A stretch of DNA of 62,974 nt, the filler included, from Deltaproteobacteria bacterium (GTDB lineage: Bacteria > JAGRBM01 > JAHCIT01), in assembly GCA_026129095.1 (NCBI GenBank). It is 5 parts of 5 records of this genome, joined end to end, with 100 filler letters (N's around TTAATTAATTAA, not from the genome) between each part and the next. Parts side by side here need not be neighbours in the genome. Positions count along the whole stretch, not along the records: positions 18,248 to 35,769 come from JAHCIT010000020.1; 4 more parts are not named here. One strand, given 5' to 3'. Shown here piece by piece: positions 20,253 through 29,913 of this stretch; position 1 is the first letter of the stretch, and the number at the start of each line of letters is the position of its first letter. The notes beneath the pieces were generated by a model. That model was given only the letters and a program-made list of their open reading frames with translations. It was not told where the DNA came from and did not search any database. A program made the translations under genes and the position numbers.

Positions 20253-20744
20253 TTACCCGTCCGAAACCGGTTCCACAAGGATACGGCGGCCTTCCACCTT
20301 TTTTACCCGCACGCGGGTGCCGCGCTGGATAAACGCGCAGTCCGCCACCACATCCAGCCGTCTGCCAGCGATATCGGCCACCCCGGCGGGTCTCAGGTCC
20401 GTCTGGGCCATGCCCTCGGTTCCCTGCAATGCCGTCCATTCGGATGGCGCTGATTTGGCCTCGGAACCAATAGCCGTCTCCAGAACCAGCTTCCTGGCGT
20501 AGCGGCTGCGGAAGAAAACAGCCGCCATCACCGAGGCTGCCAGCGCACTCACCCCCACTGCTCCGAATCCCCAGAGGTCCGGATTTTCCACCGGCAGATG
20601 AAAGGCATAGTAGGAGCCAGCGATCAGCAGGATCGCACCAGCTACCCCCAGAACGCCCCCTGGAACAAACAGCTCCAGGACGAGTAGCACGATCCCGGCC
20701 ACCAGCAGGCCCACGACTGACGCGAATCCTTCGGGAAGGTTCAT
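20253..20744 (-). CDS. Short NfeD family protein
   Basis: ELFVPGG TM segment and TDLRPAG OB-fold motif. Confidence 0.88.
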   Translation of the reverse strand: MNLPEGFASVVGLLVAGIVLLVLELFVPGGVLGVAGAILLIAGSYYAFHLPVENPDLWGFGAVGVSALAASVMAAVFFRSRYARKLVLETAIGSEAKSAPSEWTALQGTEGMAQTDLRPAGVADIAGRRLDVVADCAFIQRGTRVRVKKVEGRRILVEPVSDG

Positions 20745-22228
20745 GCCGCTTTCCCTTCCGGGGCCGCTTTCACCCAGATATGGGCCCCGTCCACCCGGAT
20801 AACCTCAATGGCCGCACCGCGATCGATAAAGTCACCCTCGGTCTGCGCCATGTATTCCTCTCCGCCGATTTTGACCCGGCCCGAGGGGCGGAGCACCGTC
20901 ACAGCCTCGCCACGGCGGCCCTTCAGGTCTAGGTCCCGTGCATAGGCCGCACTATCGCCAGAACCAGCCTGGAGTTCCGTTCCCAGGATAAGTCCGGATG
21001 GAACCGGTGCGCCCCCTGCGGTTTTCTGCCGGGGGAGGAGCCTTGCCAGCAGAAGCATACACACAATGGCAATACCCGACGACCAGATCAGGCGCGTTAC
21101 GGCGTTGGTGATATCCGGCATGACGAAACCGCTGCCCACCAGCATGAGAACCAGCGAGGCCATGATCGCCAACATTCCGGCCAACCCCACGAAGCCGAAC
21201 CCCGGCATGGCTATCAGTTCTATGACGAGTAACGCCACACCGATTACAAAAATCACCAGTTCGGTGTAGGACGCAAGACCAGTGAGATAGTGCGCGAAGA
21301 AAAGAATGGCGAAGCATGACAGGGCAATGAACCCGAACACTCCGAAACCCGGCGTCTGGTACTCAAGGTACGCACTGACCAGCATGATGATAAACAACAG
21401 GCTGGAAATGGCCTGTGACGTCAGGAAACCAGCAAGCCCCTCGCTCCATGTGGTTTCAATCTCTTTTGGTACCGATGCGTCCCGCATCCCGAGTTGCCGG
21501 TAAAACTCCTCGGGCGATGAGGCAACGGCATCCGCCATCTTCCACTTGATCGCCTGTTCGGTGGTGAGCGTCACCAGCTTTCCCTTTTCGTTGAGGCCTT
21601 CAACCACCTTTTCGGCGTCCACCATCGCTTCGGCAATATCGCCATTCCGGCCTTTCAGTTCGGCCGTGGCGCGCATCTCCTGACGGAAGTAGCTTACGTA
21701 TTTTTCGCCGACCGGCTTCGCTTCACCGCCACCGGGGGCCATCTGGATCGGCGCAGCAGCGCCAATCGTGCCGCCGGGGGCCATGACGATCCGGTCAGAG
21801 GCCAGCGAAATCAGCGCGCCCGCCGAAATCGCCCGTGGATTCACATAAACGGCCGTGGGGATTTTCGACCGGACCAGAAGGTCACGAATCTGGATAGCCG
21901 CATCAACACGGCCGCCAAAGGTCTCCAGGTCAATCAGGAAAGCATTGGCCTTCTCTTTCTCGGCGAGCTGAATGGCCCGCTTGACGTAAGCAGATGTGGA
22001 GAGACTGATTTCGCCGTGAACCTTGATCTGGCGGACCTTCGTCCACTGGGCCGCTTGCGGAAAGAGGGGATTTTCCACCGGTGGCAGCTGGATAGCAGCT
22101 GGGCCGGCTGATTCCGGATCAGTTGCCGGGGGTTCTACAGCCGACATTTCGGCCAGCCCCGGCAGCACGGCTGCCAGCCAGAGGAAACAGACAAGACCAA
22201 GCGGGTTCAGAAGATTCCGGTTAACCAC
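20741..22228 (-). CDS. nfeD: Long NfeD (ClpP-class protease + TM + OB-fold)
   Basis: TFGGRVDAA, AISAGALI, GTIGAA, EK, TPGFG and LRPSG; start inferred at GTG 22228. Confidence 0.9.
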   Translation of the reverse strand: MVNRNLLNPLGLVCFLWLAAVLPGLAEMSAVEPPATDPESAGPAAIQLPPVENPLFPQAAQWTKVRQIKVHGEISLSTSAYVKRAIQLAEKEKANAFLIDLETFGGRVDAAIQIRDLLVRSKIPTAVYVNPRAISAGALISLASDRIVMAPGGTIGAAAPIQMAPGGGEAKPVGEKYVSYFRQEMRATAELKGRNGDIAEAMVDAEKVVEGLNEKGKLVTLTTEQAIKWKMADAVASSPEEFYRQLGMRDASVPKEIETTWSEGLAGFLTSQAISSLLFIIMLVSAYLEYQTPGFGVFGFIALSCFAILFFAHYLTGLASYTELVIFVIGVALLVIELIAMPGFGFVGLAGMLAIMASLVLMLVGSGFVMPDITNAVTRLIWSSGIAIVCMLLLARLLPRQKTAGGAPVPSGLILGTELQAGSGDSAAYARDLDLKGRRGEAVTVLRPSGRVKIGGEEYMAQTEGDFIDRGAAIEVIRVDGAHIWVKAAPEGKAA

Positions 22229-22382
22229 ACCCGGATCATATGCGTGCCAGCGGCCGGGAGCAAAGGGGGTACGCAGCCAACGTGCCCCGCCCTTGCCTTC
22301 CCGTGCCGGTTTGCCTACTAAGGGCGGCCTGCCGTTCGGGCCGGTTTCCGGGCATTCCGAAGGGCTCCCCAAAGCCGGGAAG

Positions 22383-22458
22383 GCCACCTTAGCTCAGTTG
22401 GTAGAGCATCGCTTTCGTAAAGCGAGGGTCGTCGGTTCGATTCCGACAGGTGGCTCCA
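22383..22458 (+). tRNA. tRNA-Thr(CGT)
   Basis: GCCACCTTAGCTCAG...TCGCT-TT-CGT-AA-AGCGA...GGTTCGATTCC...GGTGGCTCCA. Confidence 0.97.
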
Positions 22459-22587
22459 GTCTTTATCCCTCTCATCCTGAACCGGCCAGATCAGGGCGGA
22501 AGTTTCGGAGCAACACGGCCGGTCCAGCACGGATATTTACCGGCACCAATATTTACCGGACGCCCGAAGAGGGGCAAAGGAGTGCCA

Positions 22588-24249
22588 TTATCTGCGCTCC
22601 CGTCGCCCCTTGAGATAGTCCACCAGCAGATACTTCCCGAGCGCGTTGGGCCGCGTATAGAAAGCCCGGCCCTTGTTGATGCGCGACAGCTTCGAGATAA
22701 ACCCCACCAGCGCGGGTGAATCGTCCAGCATAAAGGTATTGATACGGATCCCGTGCGCGCTAACACGTTCGACTTCCTTGAGGGTTTCCGCCGAGGCGCG
22801 CGGGCTGATGCCGCCGAAATCCCAGGGCCATTCGACCATCAGTTCGCCTTTCGAGACGTATGCTGTGGGCTGCCCGTCAGTGACAAGAATGATCTGGCGA
22901 TTGGCATGCCGGTGACGCATCAGCAACCGGTCCGCAACGGCGAGTCCTTCCTGCAGATTCGTAAACGGATCGCCGGAGTTCCAGATCATCTCCGGCAGTT
23001 CGGATGGCTTCAGTTCCCGGGCCCGGGTGTAAAAGCCGACCGCATAGAACTTGTCCCGGGGGAACCTGGTCCGGATGAGATGGGAAAGGGCGAGCGCAAC
23101 CTTTTTCGCTGCCGGGAAGCGGCCTTCCCAGCTCATCGACCAGCTCATGTCGATCAGCATGGCTGTTGCCGTTTCGGTTGTGTGCTCAATGTCGTGAACT
23201 TCCATGTCGTCCGGGTGAATGCGGACTGGCAGCCGGGCGCCATTGCGGGCGAGTGCATTCCGGAATGTCCGCCCCAGGTCCATATGGAACGCATCCCCAT
23301 ACTGATATGGCTTTGTACTTTCAGGCATCACCCGGCCCGGCCCCCGGTGTGGCGTTTCGTGTGGACCGAGACTCTCGCGATTCAGGCCGTCATAGATATC
23401 GCCCAGGGCCCGTGCCCCAATCTTGCGGATCGCCTTAGGCGTGAGTTCTGGCCGGCCTTCACCACCAATAAGTCCTTCCTTTTCAAACTGCTTGCGGAGA
23501 TCACGCAGGATCAGGAATGACTGGATGCCCTCCTCGGAAAGCATATCCTTCAGTTCTTCTGGGGAAATCTCCCTCAAATCACCGCTTTCCAGTGCCCGTT
23601 CCAGTTCAGAGAGGCGCTGGAACCGGCGCATCATCTCCACCCCACCGTTAAAATCGAGTTGTTCATCCCCAGTAAACATGCGGTCATAGCGATCCCGGAA
23701 GTTCTCCAGATCCCGGATATCGTCGAGCCGTTCACGCAACTCCTCATAAAGTTCCTTTGCACGCTCATCCAGAAAGTCATAGCTCTCCAGCGACTCAACA
23801 GCCTTCGCCAGTCCAGAGGGGAGGTGATCAAGACGGTTTTCACGCTCTTCGCGGTCCTTTGGGTCCAGTCCCGGTGTCTGCATCATCGTCTGGAGTTCGA
23901 ATGTGCGCAGATCGTTCAGCTTCTGCCGGATTTCGTCGAGCGCGCTGTCAAGGTTCGCCTGCTGGAACATCTCCTCCCGGCGGCGGCGGAGTTCCTGCAT
24001 CAGGTCCGACAGCCCCATGACACGAAAATTGCGGGACGGCAGCTGAAAGCCGTTCCGCATCATCCATTCGAATGCCTCTTCGGCATTGAACCCATAGATC
24101 AGGTTTTCGGCGAGTTCCTCAAAAGCGTCGTTCAGTGGGAAACTGGCATCGCCCTCGCCGCCCGCCTCTTTCCCGCCGGAACCCGTGTCCGCAGCAAACG
24201 GCTTCTGCGAACCGTCCCACCGGGAATAACGTATCTTGCGAGCGCTCAT
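22588..24249 (-). CDS. VWA domain protein (partner of the AAA ATPase)
   Basis: RYSRWDG N-terminus, DMSWSM MIDAS motif, TNLQ and TDGQPTA. Confidence 0.9.
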   Translation of the reverse strand: MSARKIRYSRWDGSQKPFAADTGSGGKEAGGEGDASFPLNDAFEELAENLIYGFNAEEAFEWMMRNGFQLPSRNFRVMGLSDLMQELRRRREEMFQQANLDSALDEIRQKLNDLRTFELQTMMQTPGLDPKDREERENRLDHLPSGLAKAVESLESYDFLDERAKELYEELRERLDDIRDLENFRDRYDRMFTGDEQLDFNGGVEMMRRFQRLSELERALESGDLREISPEELKDMLSEEGIQSFLILRDLRKQFEKEGLIGGEGRPELTPKAIRKIGARALGDIYDGLNRESLGPHETPHRGPGRVMPESTKPYQYGDAFHMDLGRTFRNALARNGARLPVRIHPDDMEVHDIEHTTETATAMLIDMSWSMSWEGRFPAAKKVALALSHLIRTRFPRDKFYAVGFYTRARELKPSELPEMIWNSGDPFTNLQEGLAVADRLLMRHRHANRQIILVTDGQPTAYVSKGELMVEWPWDFGGISPRASAETLKEVERVSAHGIRINTFMLDDSPALVGFISKLSRINKGRAFYTRPNALGKYLLVDYLKGRRERR

Positions 24250-24269
24250 CGGATGACCTCACGGCCCCT

Positions 24270-25667
24270 CTACCGGTAGACCGTCGTGCCCTTCTCGCTT
24301 ACTTCCTTGTTCAGCTTGCCGCTGAGGTGCAATCCCTCGAAGATGAACTCCACGGCAGCAGCGATCTCGCCGGATGCCACGGCCCCGGCCTTTTCGACGG
24401 CTGCCCGCAGCCCCTTGATTTCGTCCAGCCCCTGCACGTAGTCGGCCGAGGGCATTGTTTCCCCCACCTCCACACCCCATCCCTGCCGGAAGGCAGCGAT
24501 CACTTCATGCAACTGTTCCAGCTCGAACCACTCTCCAAATACCCGCAAGACCGCCTTGCCCAGAATCTTCCGGAACAGTTCCATGGGATCACCGTCGTCG
24601 CCACGCATCTCAAATTCGAGTTTTCCCAGCGATGATGCCGCGAGATTGTCCAGATCCGATATCCGGGGCACGGCCGCTTCCTCGCCGAGGAGCAGGGCCC
24701 GTTTTTCGGCAGCGGCGACGAGTGTCTCGTAATTGGCGATACTCAGCCTGACACTGACTCCCGATCGCTGGTCCACCGCCGGGTGCTCGCGGGCCTGACG
24801 GCTGAACTCGGCCACAATATCAAGCAGATAACGGGGCACACTGGCCCTCATCGCGCCAATGACCGGACGGGACTGCTCGGCCTCGATGATCGCTGCTTCC
24901 GTCTCCCGGTCCAGCGGATAGTGGGTGCGGACCAGGGATTCATACCGGTCCTTGAGCGGCGTAATGATCCGTCCCCGGTTGGTATAGTCCTCGGGATTGG
25001 CTGTCGCCACGACCATGATATCGAGCGGCAGCCGTATCCGGTAACCCTTGATCTGGAAATCCCGCTCCTCGAGTACGTTGAAGAGCGCCACCTGAACCTT
25101 TTCTGGCAAATCCGGGAGTTCGTTGATGGCAAATATCCCCCGGTTGGTGCGCGGGATGATGCCGTAATGGATCGTTCGCTCATCGGCGAGATAGCGCCCC
25201 TCGGCCACCTTGACCGGATCGATCTCGCCGATGAGGTCAGCAGTGGAGACATCCGGGGTAGCGAGTTTTTCCCCGTAGCGGCGATCCCGGCCGATCCATT
25301 CGATCTCGGTCCGGTCACCGTCCCTGGCCAGCCGCTCACGGGCCTCCAGGGATATGGGTGCGAAGGGAGAATCGTTTATTTCGCTCCCCTTCACTACCGG
25401 TATCTCGTCGTCGAGCAGAGTCGGGAGTGCCCTCAGGATACGTGATTTTGCCTGACCCCGCTCACCAAGAAGAATAATGTCGTGACCTGCCAGAACGGCA
25501 TGAACGAGCTGAGGGACGACCGTGTCCTCGAACCCCTGAAGCCACGGGAAAATCTTCTCGCCGCTCTTCAGCTTGCGGATCAGGTTCTTGCGCATCTCGT
25601 CGCGCACGGTAAAGGCCGGGTATTCGGAAGCCTTGAGTTCGCCAAATGTCCGGGGGCGGGCGTTCAT
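24270..25667 (-). CDS. Magnesium chelatase ChlI/MoxR-like AAA+ ATPase
   Basis: GERGQAKS Walker A, INELPDL and ATANPEDYTNRG; start ATG 25667. Confidence 0.9.
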   Translation of the reverse strand: MNARPRTFGELKASEYPAFTVRDEMRKNLIRKLKSGEKIFPWLQGFEDTVVPQLVHAVLAGHDIILLGERGQAKSRILRALPTLLDDEIPVVKGSEINDSPFAPISLEARERLARDGDRTEIEWIGRDRRYGEKLATPDVSTADLIGEIDPVKVAEGRYLADERTIHYGIIPRTNRGIFAINELPDLPEKVQVALFNVLEERDFQIKGYRIRLPLDIMVVATANPEDYTNRGRIITPLKDRYESLVRTHYPLDRETEAAIIEAEQSRPVIGAMRASVPRYLLDIVAEFSRQAREHPAVDQRSGVSVRLSIANYETLVAAAEKRALLLGEEAAVPRISDLDNLAASSLGKLEFEMRGDDGDPMELFRKILGKAVLRVFGEWFELEQLHEVIAAFRQGWGVEVGETMPSADYVQGLDEIKGLRAAVEKAGAVASGEIAAAVEFIFEGLHLSGKLNKEVSEKGTTVYR

Positions 25668-25856
25668 GCGTTTCCTTTCACTTACCAGCAGGAGAGCGCG
25701 GATATCCGTTTTCTCCGGCAAGGCTACCGGCTCCGCCCAGGCGATACAATCCGGCCTGACCACACGCCGGAGCACCCGGGGTTGAACCTGACTCCCCGGT
25801 GCGGCACAATCCTTGCCGATCCCGGTCATCCTGAATTGCATGAAAGGCAGATAAAC

Positions 25857-26222
25857 ATGAAAATCCGTACACTCGGCATGGCTCTCGCAATTGGCATCAT
25901 CACGCTTCCCTTCACCGCTATTTCGGCGGACGCACTCAAGCGCATACAAAAATCCACCAATGACGCTGTCCGGAAGGAAGCCGAAGGCGAAACAAAGAAA
26001 GCGGCCGACAAGCAGATTGACAAGGTGACGGACGGCAAGAGCCAAACCAGCAAAGTCCTGAACAAGGAGCTCAAGAGCGCTTCCGACGCCACTATTGAGG
26101 ACACGTCGAAGAAAGCCGACCTCTCCAGCGACGACAAGAAGGGTAAAGGCGACGAAAAGGCCAGCGCCAAGGGGCAAGAGGCCCGCCAGAGTGGCGAAAA
26201 GAAGGGACAGGAAAAGAAGTAA
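25857..26222 (+). CDS. Secreted Lys/Asp-rich low-complexity protein
   Basis: Signal peptide MKIRTLGMALAIGIITLPFTAISA; followed by a hairpin at 26229-26258. Confidence 0.7.
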   Translation: MKIRTLGMALAIGIITLPFTAISADALKRIQKSTNDAVRKEAEGETKKAADKQIDKVTDGKSQTSKVLNKELKSASDATIEDTSKKADLSSDDKKGKGDEKASAKGQEARQSGEKKGQEKK

Positions 26223-26330
26223 CCCCTCCCGGGCATCCCTCGCCAGGGGGATGCCCGGATCGTGGATGATATTTTCGCCCGCCACCTGGGCAAGCCTGCC
26301 CGTATCCGGCTTGGGAGATCTCATTCTTAA

Positions 26331-27410
26331 ATGGGAACCGTGATGATTCTTGGAGCGACCGGCTATACCGGGACGCTCGTGGCACGTGAACTGGCACGCA
26401 AGGATGTGCCGTTCGTGATCGCTGGCCGGAATGAGGAAAAACTGGTCCAGTTGAAGGACTCTCTCCCGCAGCCGGTCGAATACCGGATTGCTACCCCTGA
26501 CGACCCCACAACACTTGCCGGCCTGTTCCGGGGCGTGGACGTCGTGATCAATACAGTAGGTCCGTTCGGTGATTACGGCGAGCCGGTGGTACGCGCCGCA
26601 CTTGAGCAGAACGTCCACTACCTCGATACAACCGGCGAGCAGGATTACATGCTACGGATGATTGAGAACCATGATGCCGTCGCCCAGGCAAAAAAGAAGG
26701 TTGTCATCTGCGCCCAGGCATTCGAGTACGCAGTGGGCGAATGCGCCGCGACTCTCGCCCTTGAACCGCTCCATAACCGGGCAGACCGGGTGGAAGTCTT
26801 CAATTACGTCCGGGGCGCGGGAGCCTCCCGTGGAACCGTAAAGTCCGCCTTCAGGATGTTCAGCGAGCCCTGTCTCATATGGGACCGGGGACGGCTGGTA
26901 GAAGAAAAGCCGGGCGCCGTCATGAATGAGATCCGGTTCCCTGGCGAAAGCCAGAGCCGTGCAGCGTTGACCATTCCGGGCGGGGAACCCCTGAACATCC
27001 ACCGTTATGCCGATGTTTCTCTGGTCCGGACATGCCTCGTTATGCCGCCCCGTTTTGTCCGGGCTGCACGCTACGGCACGATGGCCCTGTCTCTTGCCAC
27101 TGCTGGTCCCCTGCGAAAAGTCACCGACTGGGCAGTTGACCGCTTTCAGGATCCACCCGATTATGAAGTGGGACGTCGCAGCGAGTTCAAGGTCGTCGCC
27201 CGTGCCCGGCGCGATTCGACAGAAAAGATCTGTGCAGTGAGCGGCCACGACCCCTATGGCATCACGGCCTCCATTGCTGTCGAAGGGGCGCGTTTCCTGC
27301 TGAAGGGCCCGCCCCGCCGGTATGGCGTGATTTCCACAGCGATGGCATTCGACCCCGCTGCCTTTCTGGATGCACTCAAGCCAGACGGCGTTACTTGGCG
27401 CCTGGCATAA
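26331..27410 (+). CDS. Saccharopine dehydrogenase-like NAD(P)-binding oxidoreductase
   Basis: GATGYTG, AGRN, NTVGPF and YLDTTGE. Confidence 0.9.
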   Translation: MGTVMILGATGYTGTLVARELARKDVPFVIAGRNEEKLVQLKDSLPQPVEYRIATPDDPTTLAGLFRGVDVVINTVGPFGDYGEPVVRAALEQNVHYLDTTGEQDYMLRMIENHDAVAQAKKKVVICAQAFEYAVGECAATLALEPLHNRADRVEVFNYVRGAGASRGTVKSAFRMFSEPCLIWDRGRLVEEKPGAVMNEIRFPGESQSRAALTIPGGEPLNIHRYADVSLVRTCLVMPPRFVRAARYGTMALSLATAGPLRKVTDWAVDRFQDPPDYEVGRRSEFKVVARARRDSTEKICAVSGHDPYGITASIAVEGARFLLKGPPRRYGVISTAMAFDPAAFLDALKPDGVTWRLA

Positions 27411-27443
27411 CGCCCAACGCACGAGCTGCCGCCAGGTGAGCAA

Positions 27444-27791
27444 TCAATCGATTGGGATAATATCTTCGGGTACCACACGGCTGCGCGCTTCAATCAGCCG
27501 TGTACGGGAACCTGAATGCCACTGAAACTCGGCCCCGGACTCAACCAACACCACTTCTCCCGGCCCTATGGCGAACGCAGTGCCGCCGGTCGATCCCGTG
27601 ATATCGCCTTCCACCACATGAATGATCCGCCCCTCGCCGGCTATTCCACCATGCCGGGCCCCGGGCTCCAGTTCGTAGTAGCAGAGCATCAGGTTCTCTA
27701 GGTGCACTTCGCGGTACCGCACCCCCTCACCGAGTTTCCTAAACCTGAGAGCCCGGAAATGAGCCACAGAAAGTGATGTCCGTTCAGCCAT
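27444..27791 (-). CDS. Cupin-like protein
   Basis: YELEPG...HVVEG...IGPGEVVLV pattern; metal-binding His residues partly lost. Confidence 0.6.
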   Translation of the reverse strand: MAERTSLSVAHFRALRFRKLGEGVRYREVHLENLMLCYYELEPGARHGGIAGEGRIIHVVEGDITGSTGGTAFAIGPGEVVLVESGAEFQWHSGSRTRLIEARSRVVPEDIIPID

Positions 27792-27953
27792 GGATGCATC
27801 GTAACCGGCAGGACAAATCCTGTCAGCAGGGGCAAACTCCTCCCTGACCAGATGAAACTTGCTTCATCATAACTGGTATTTCCGTGGGTTATAAGGCAGG
27901 CTTTCCCGATTGGCGATTGCCTGAAACCATTCAGAACAAGGAGAAAATAACCA

Positions 27954-28481
27954 ATGAAACTGCGTCATGGATTTGTTCTCGCCGCTGCCGTGTTCCTGCT
28001 CGGTGCCTGCGGTGGCAAGGGGATGCACGACTGTTGCCATAAGCGCTGCGAAAAGACCGAGTGCCCGCGACGTGACAAGGGAAAGATGGACTGCGGCAAG
28101 GACAGCGTGACACTGTTTATCCGGCACAAGGTAAAAGATTACGCCGAATGGCGGAAGGTTTACGACGAGCATGGCGAGGCACGTGAAAAGGCCGGCGCCA
28201 AAATGGCCAAGGTGTTCCGGACCGATGGCGACGACAATGACGTGACCGTCGTTGTCCACTTTGCCGATGCCGCCGCGGCCAAGGCATTTGCTGACAGCGC
28301 CGACCTCAAGAGCGCCATGGAAAAGGCTGGCGTGACTGGAGAGCCCATGTTCTGGACTGCCGGCAAGACAGAGTGCAGCGCCAGCGAGTGCCCCCGGTGC
28401 GGCAAATGCAAAAAAGGATGTTGCGGCAAGCACAAGAAGGCAGATCAGCCGGACAAATCCACTAAAGCTGACAAACAGTAG
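27954..28481 (+). CDS. Lipoprotein with an ABM/DUF3764-like alpha-beta core flanked by Cys-rich segments
   Basis: LGAC lipobox; RHKVKDYAEWRKVYD...MEKAGV core. Confidence 0.7.
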   Translation: MKLRHGFVLAAAVFLLGACGGKGMHDCCHKRCEKTECPRRDKGKMDCGKDSVTLFIRHKVKDYAEWRKVYDEHGEAREKAGAKMAKVFRTDGDDNDVTVVVHFADAAAAKAFADSADLKSAMEKAGVTGEPMFWTAGKTECSASECPRCGKCKKGCCGKHKKADQPDKSTKADKQ

Positions 28482-28490
28482 TCCGTTCTT

Positions 28491-28539
28491 CCAAACGAAA
28501 GCAGCCGTTCCTTTAAAAGGAACGGCTGCTTTCGTTTGG
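28491..28539. terminator. Bidirectional terminator between convergent genes
   Basis: Perfect 24-bp inverted repeat CCAAACGAAAGCAGCCGTTCCTTT-A-AAAGGAACGGCTGCTTTCGTTTGG. Confidence 0.88.
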
Positions 28540-28556
28540 GCCTAGCCTTCGTCGCA

Positions 28557-29912
28557 TCAGCCGAGCCAGTCCAGTTCATCCGGCTGCAAATCGGCAAATG
28601 CCGCCGTGACGGGAAGAACAATGCTCACTGGTGGCGTCGCCCGGGCAAACTCCGTCAGGTCAATGATGAGCCCGGGCTCCAGCTTTCCGGTTTCCTGCTC
28701 CAAGATTTCGACGGCCGGGTGCAGCGCGCTTTCCGCGTGAGGCTCAGTTACCTGTGCCAGTTCACCCGTTGAGAGCCGGACCATGTCCCCTTTGGCAAAC
28801 ATTCCGCACATGGTCGCAAACCGGCCAAGCAGATAGGGGTTGAACCGGTTCCGCAGCTTTGCATACATGAACGCAAGCGCACCCTGCATGGAGAGGTGAT
28901 CGTCAAAGGGCCGCAGGGTTCTCAGGCCATCGAATGTGTCTGCCAGTGCAACAAGCTGGCTGGTCATCAGGGGGCTGGGCACGTTCCGGTCTGCCGATGG
29001 CGTCCGGTGATGTTCGAATGCAGCGATGGCGGCAATCCGGTTCCCGCCCTGGCTTGCCAGCAGTATCTTGACCCCTTCAATCGTATGCCGGCCGAGCATC
29101 TGCATTTCCTCAAGTGAAAGCGGCCCACGCTTTCCGGTGAGCTCCACCGGCAAAACCGTTTTCCCGATGTCGTGCAGCAGCCCCGCCGTGGATATCTCCT
29201 GGATTTCATGCTCTGAAAGCCCCAAGGCGGCCGCCTGGCATCCGGCGATGGTTCCCGTATTTACCGAATGGATATAGGAAAAGTCGTCACGATCGCGAAG
29301 TGCGAGCAGTGTTGCCACGGGTGAATTCGAGCCGACCACCATGTCCATCAGTGTCTTGGCGAGGTCCATGACCGGGCCAAGATCAACGACACCGGCCTGC
29401 GCCGCCTTTTCAAACTGCTTGCGCATGACGGTGCTGCCCATCCGGTAGACCTCCCGGAAGCTCCCCATGTTGGCAGCCCGCATCAGTTTCAGATGCTTGA
29501 TGGAAATCGTCTCGACTCCCCGTTCCTTCAGCCAGACATTCGCATTGACGGCGGCGACTTCCGCCGTTTCCGCCGACAGAAAGGAGAGCATCGTTTCGAT
29601 GTCCGTGGCCGTGCAGCCCGGCTTGAGCGAGATGATTTCGATATCGCGCAGCCTCAGCTGCGCGACAAACCGGACCACATTGGCTGGCATCTTTGTGAAG
29701 GGCACACCACCAACTGCAAGTCCATCACCCAGAAGTGCGACGGTAAGCTCAGACAGCCCTGTCGTCTGGAAGAACCCGGAAATTTCGCTCATCAGCGCAT
29801 CCAGCGTGTTTTGCCAGATTGCACTGCCCTTGGCGTAAAGGCGCCTGCTGTGGCTTGCTCCAGCAAGCCGTTGCGCCAGATCTCGTGCGGTATCCTGAGG
29901 GCTTGCTCCCAT
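28557..29912 (-). CDS. HD-GYP-like phosphohydrolase (GYP motif degenerate)
   Basis: YIHSVN, LLHDIGK, HTIEG, EHH and ADTFD...RP motifs; start ATG 29912. Confidence 0.85.
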   Translation of the reverse strand: MGASPQDTARDLAQRLAGASHSRRLYAKGSAIWQNTLDALMSEISGFFQTTGLSELTVALLGDGLAVGGVPFTKMPANVVRFVAQLRLRDIEIISLKPGCTATDIETMLSFLSAETAEVAAVNANVWLKERGVETISIKHLKLMRAANMGSFREVYRMGSTVMRKQFEKAAQAGVVDLGPVMDLAKTLMDMVVGSNSPVATLLALRDRDDFSYIHSVNTGTIAGCQAAALGLSEHEIQEISTAGLLHDIGKTVLPVELTGKRGPLSLEEMQMLGRHTIEGVKILLASQGGNRIAAIAAFEHHRTPSADRNVPSPLMTSQLVALADTFDGLRTLRPFDDHLSMQGALAFMYAKLRNRFNPYLLGRFATMCGMFAKGDMVRLSTGELAQVTEPHAESALHPAVEILEQETGKLEPGLIIDLTEFARATPPVSIVLPVTAAFADLQPDELDWLG

Positions 29913-29913
29913 G

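Noticed and set aside
22588-25667. ChlI-like ATPase plus VWA as photosynthesis or a novel system
   Set aside because: This is a widespread MoxR-type chaperone pair, and no chlH or bch genes are present.
24270-26618. 782-aa ORF as a fused ATPase
   Set aside because: The upstream part is antisense to two real plus-strand genes; the ATPase starts at 25667.
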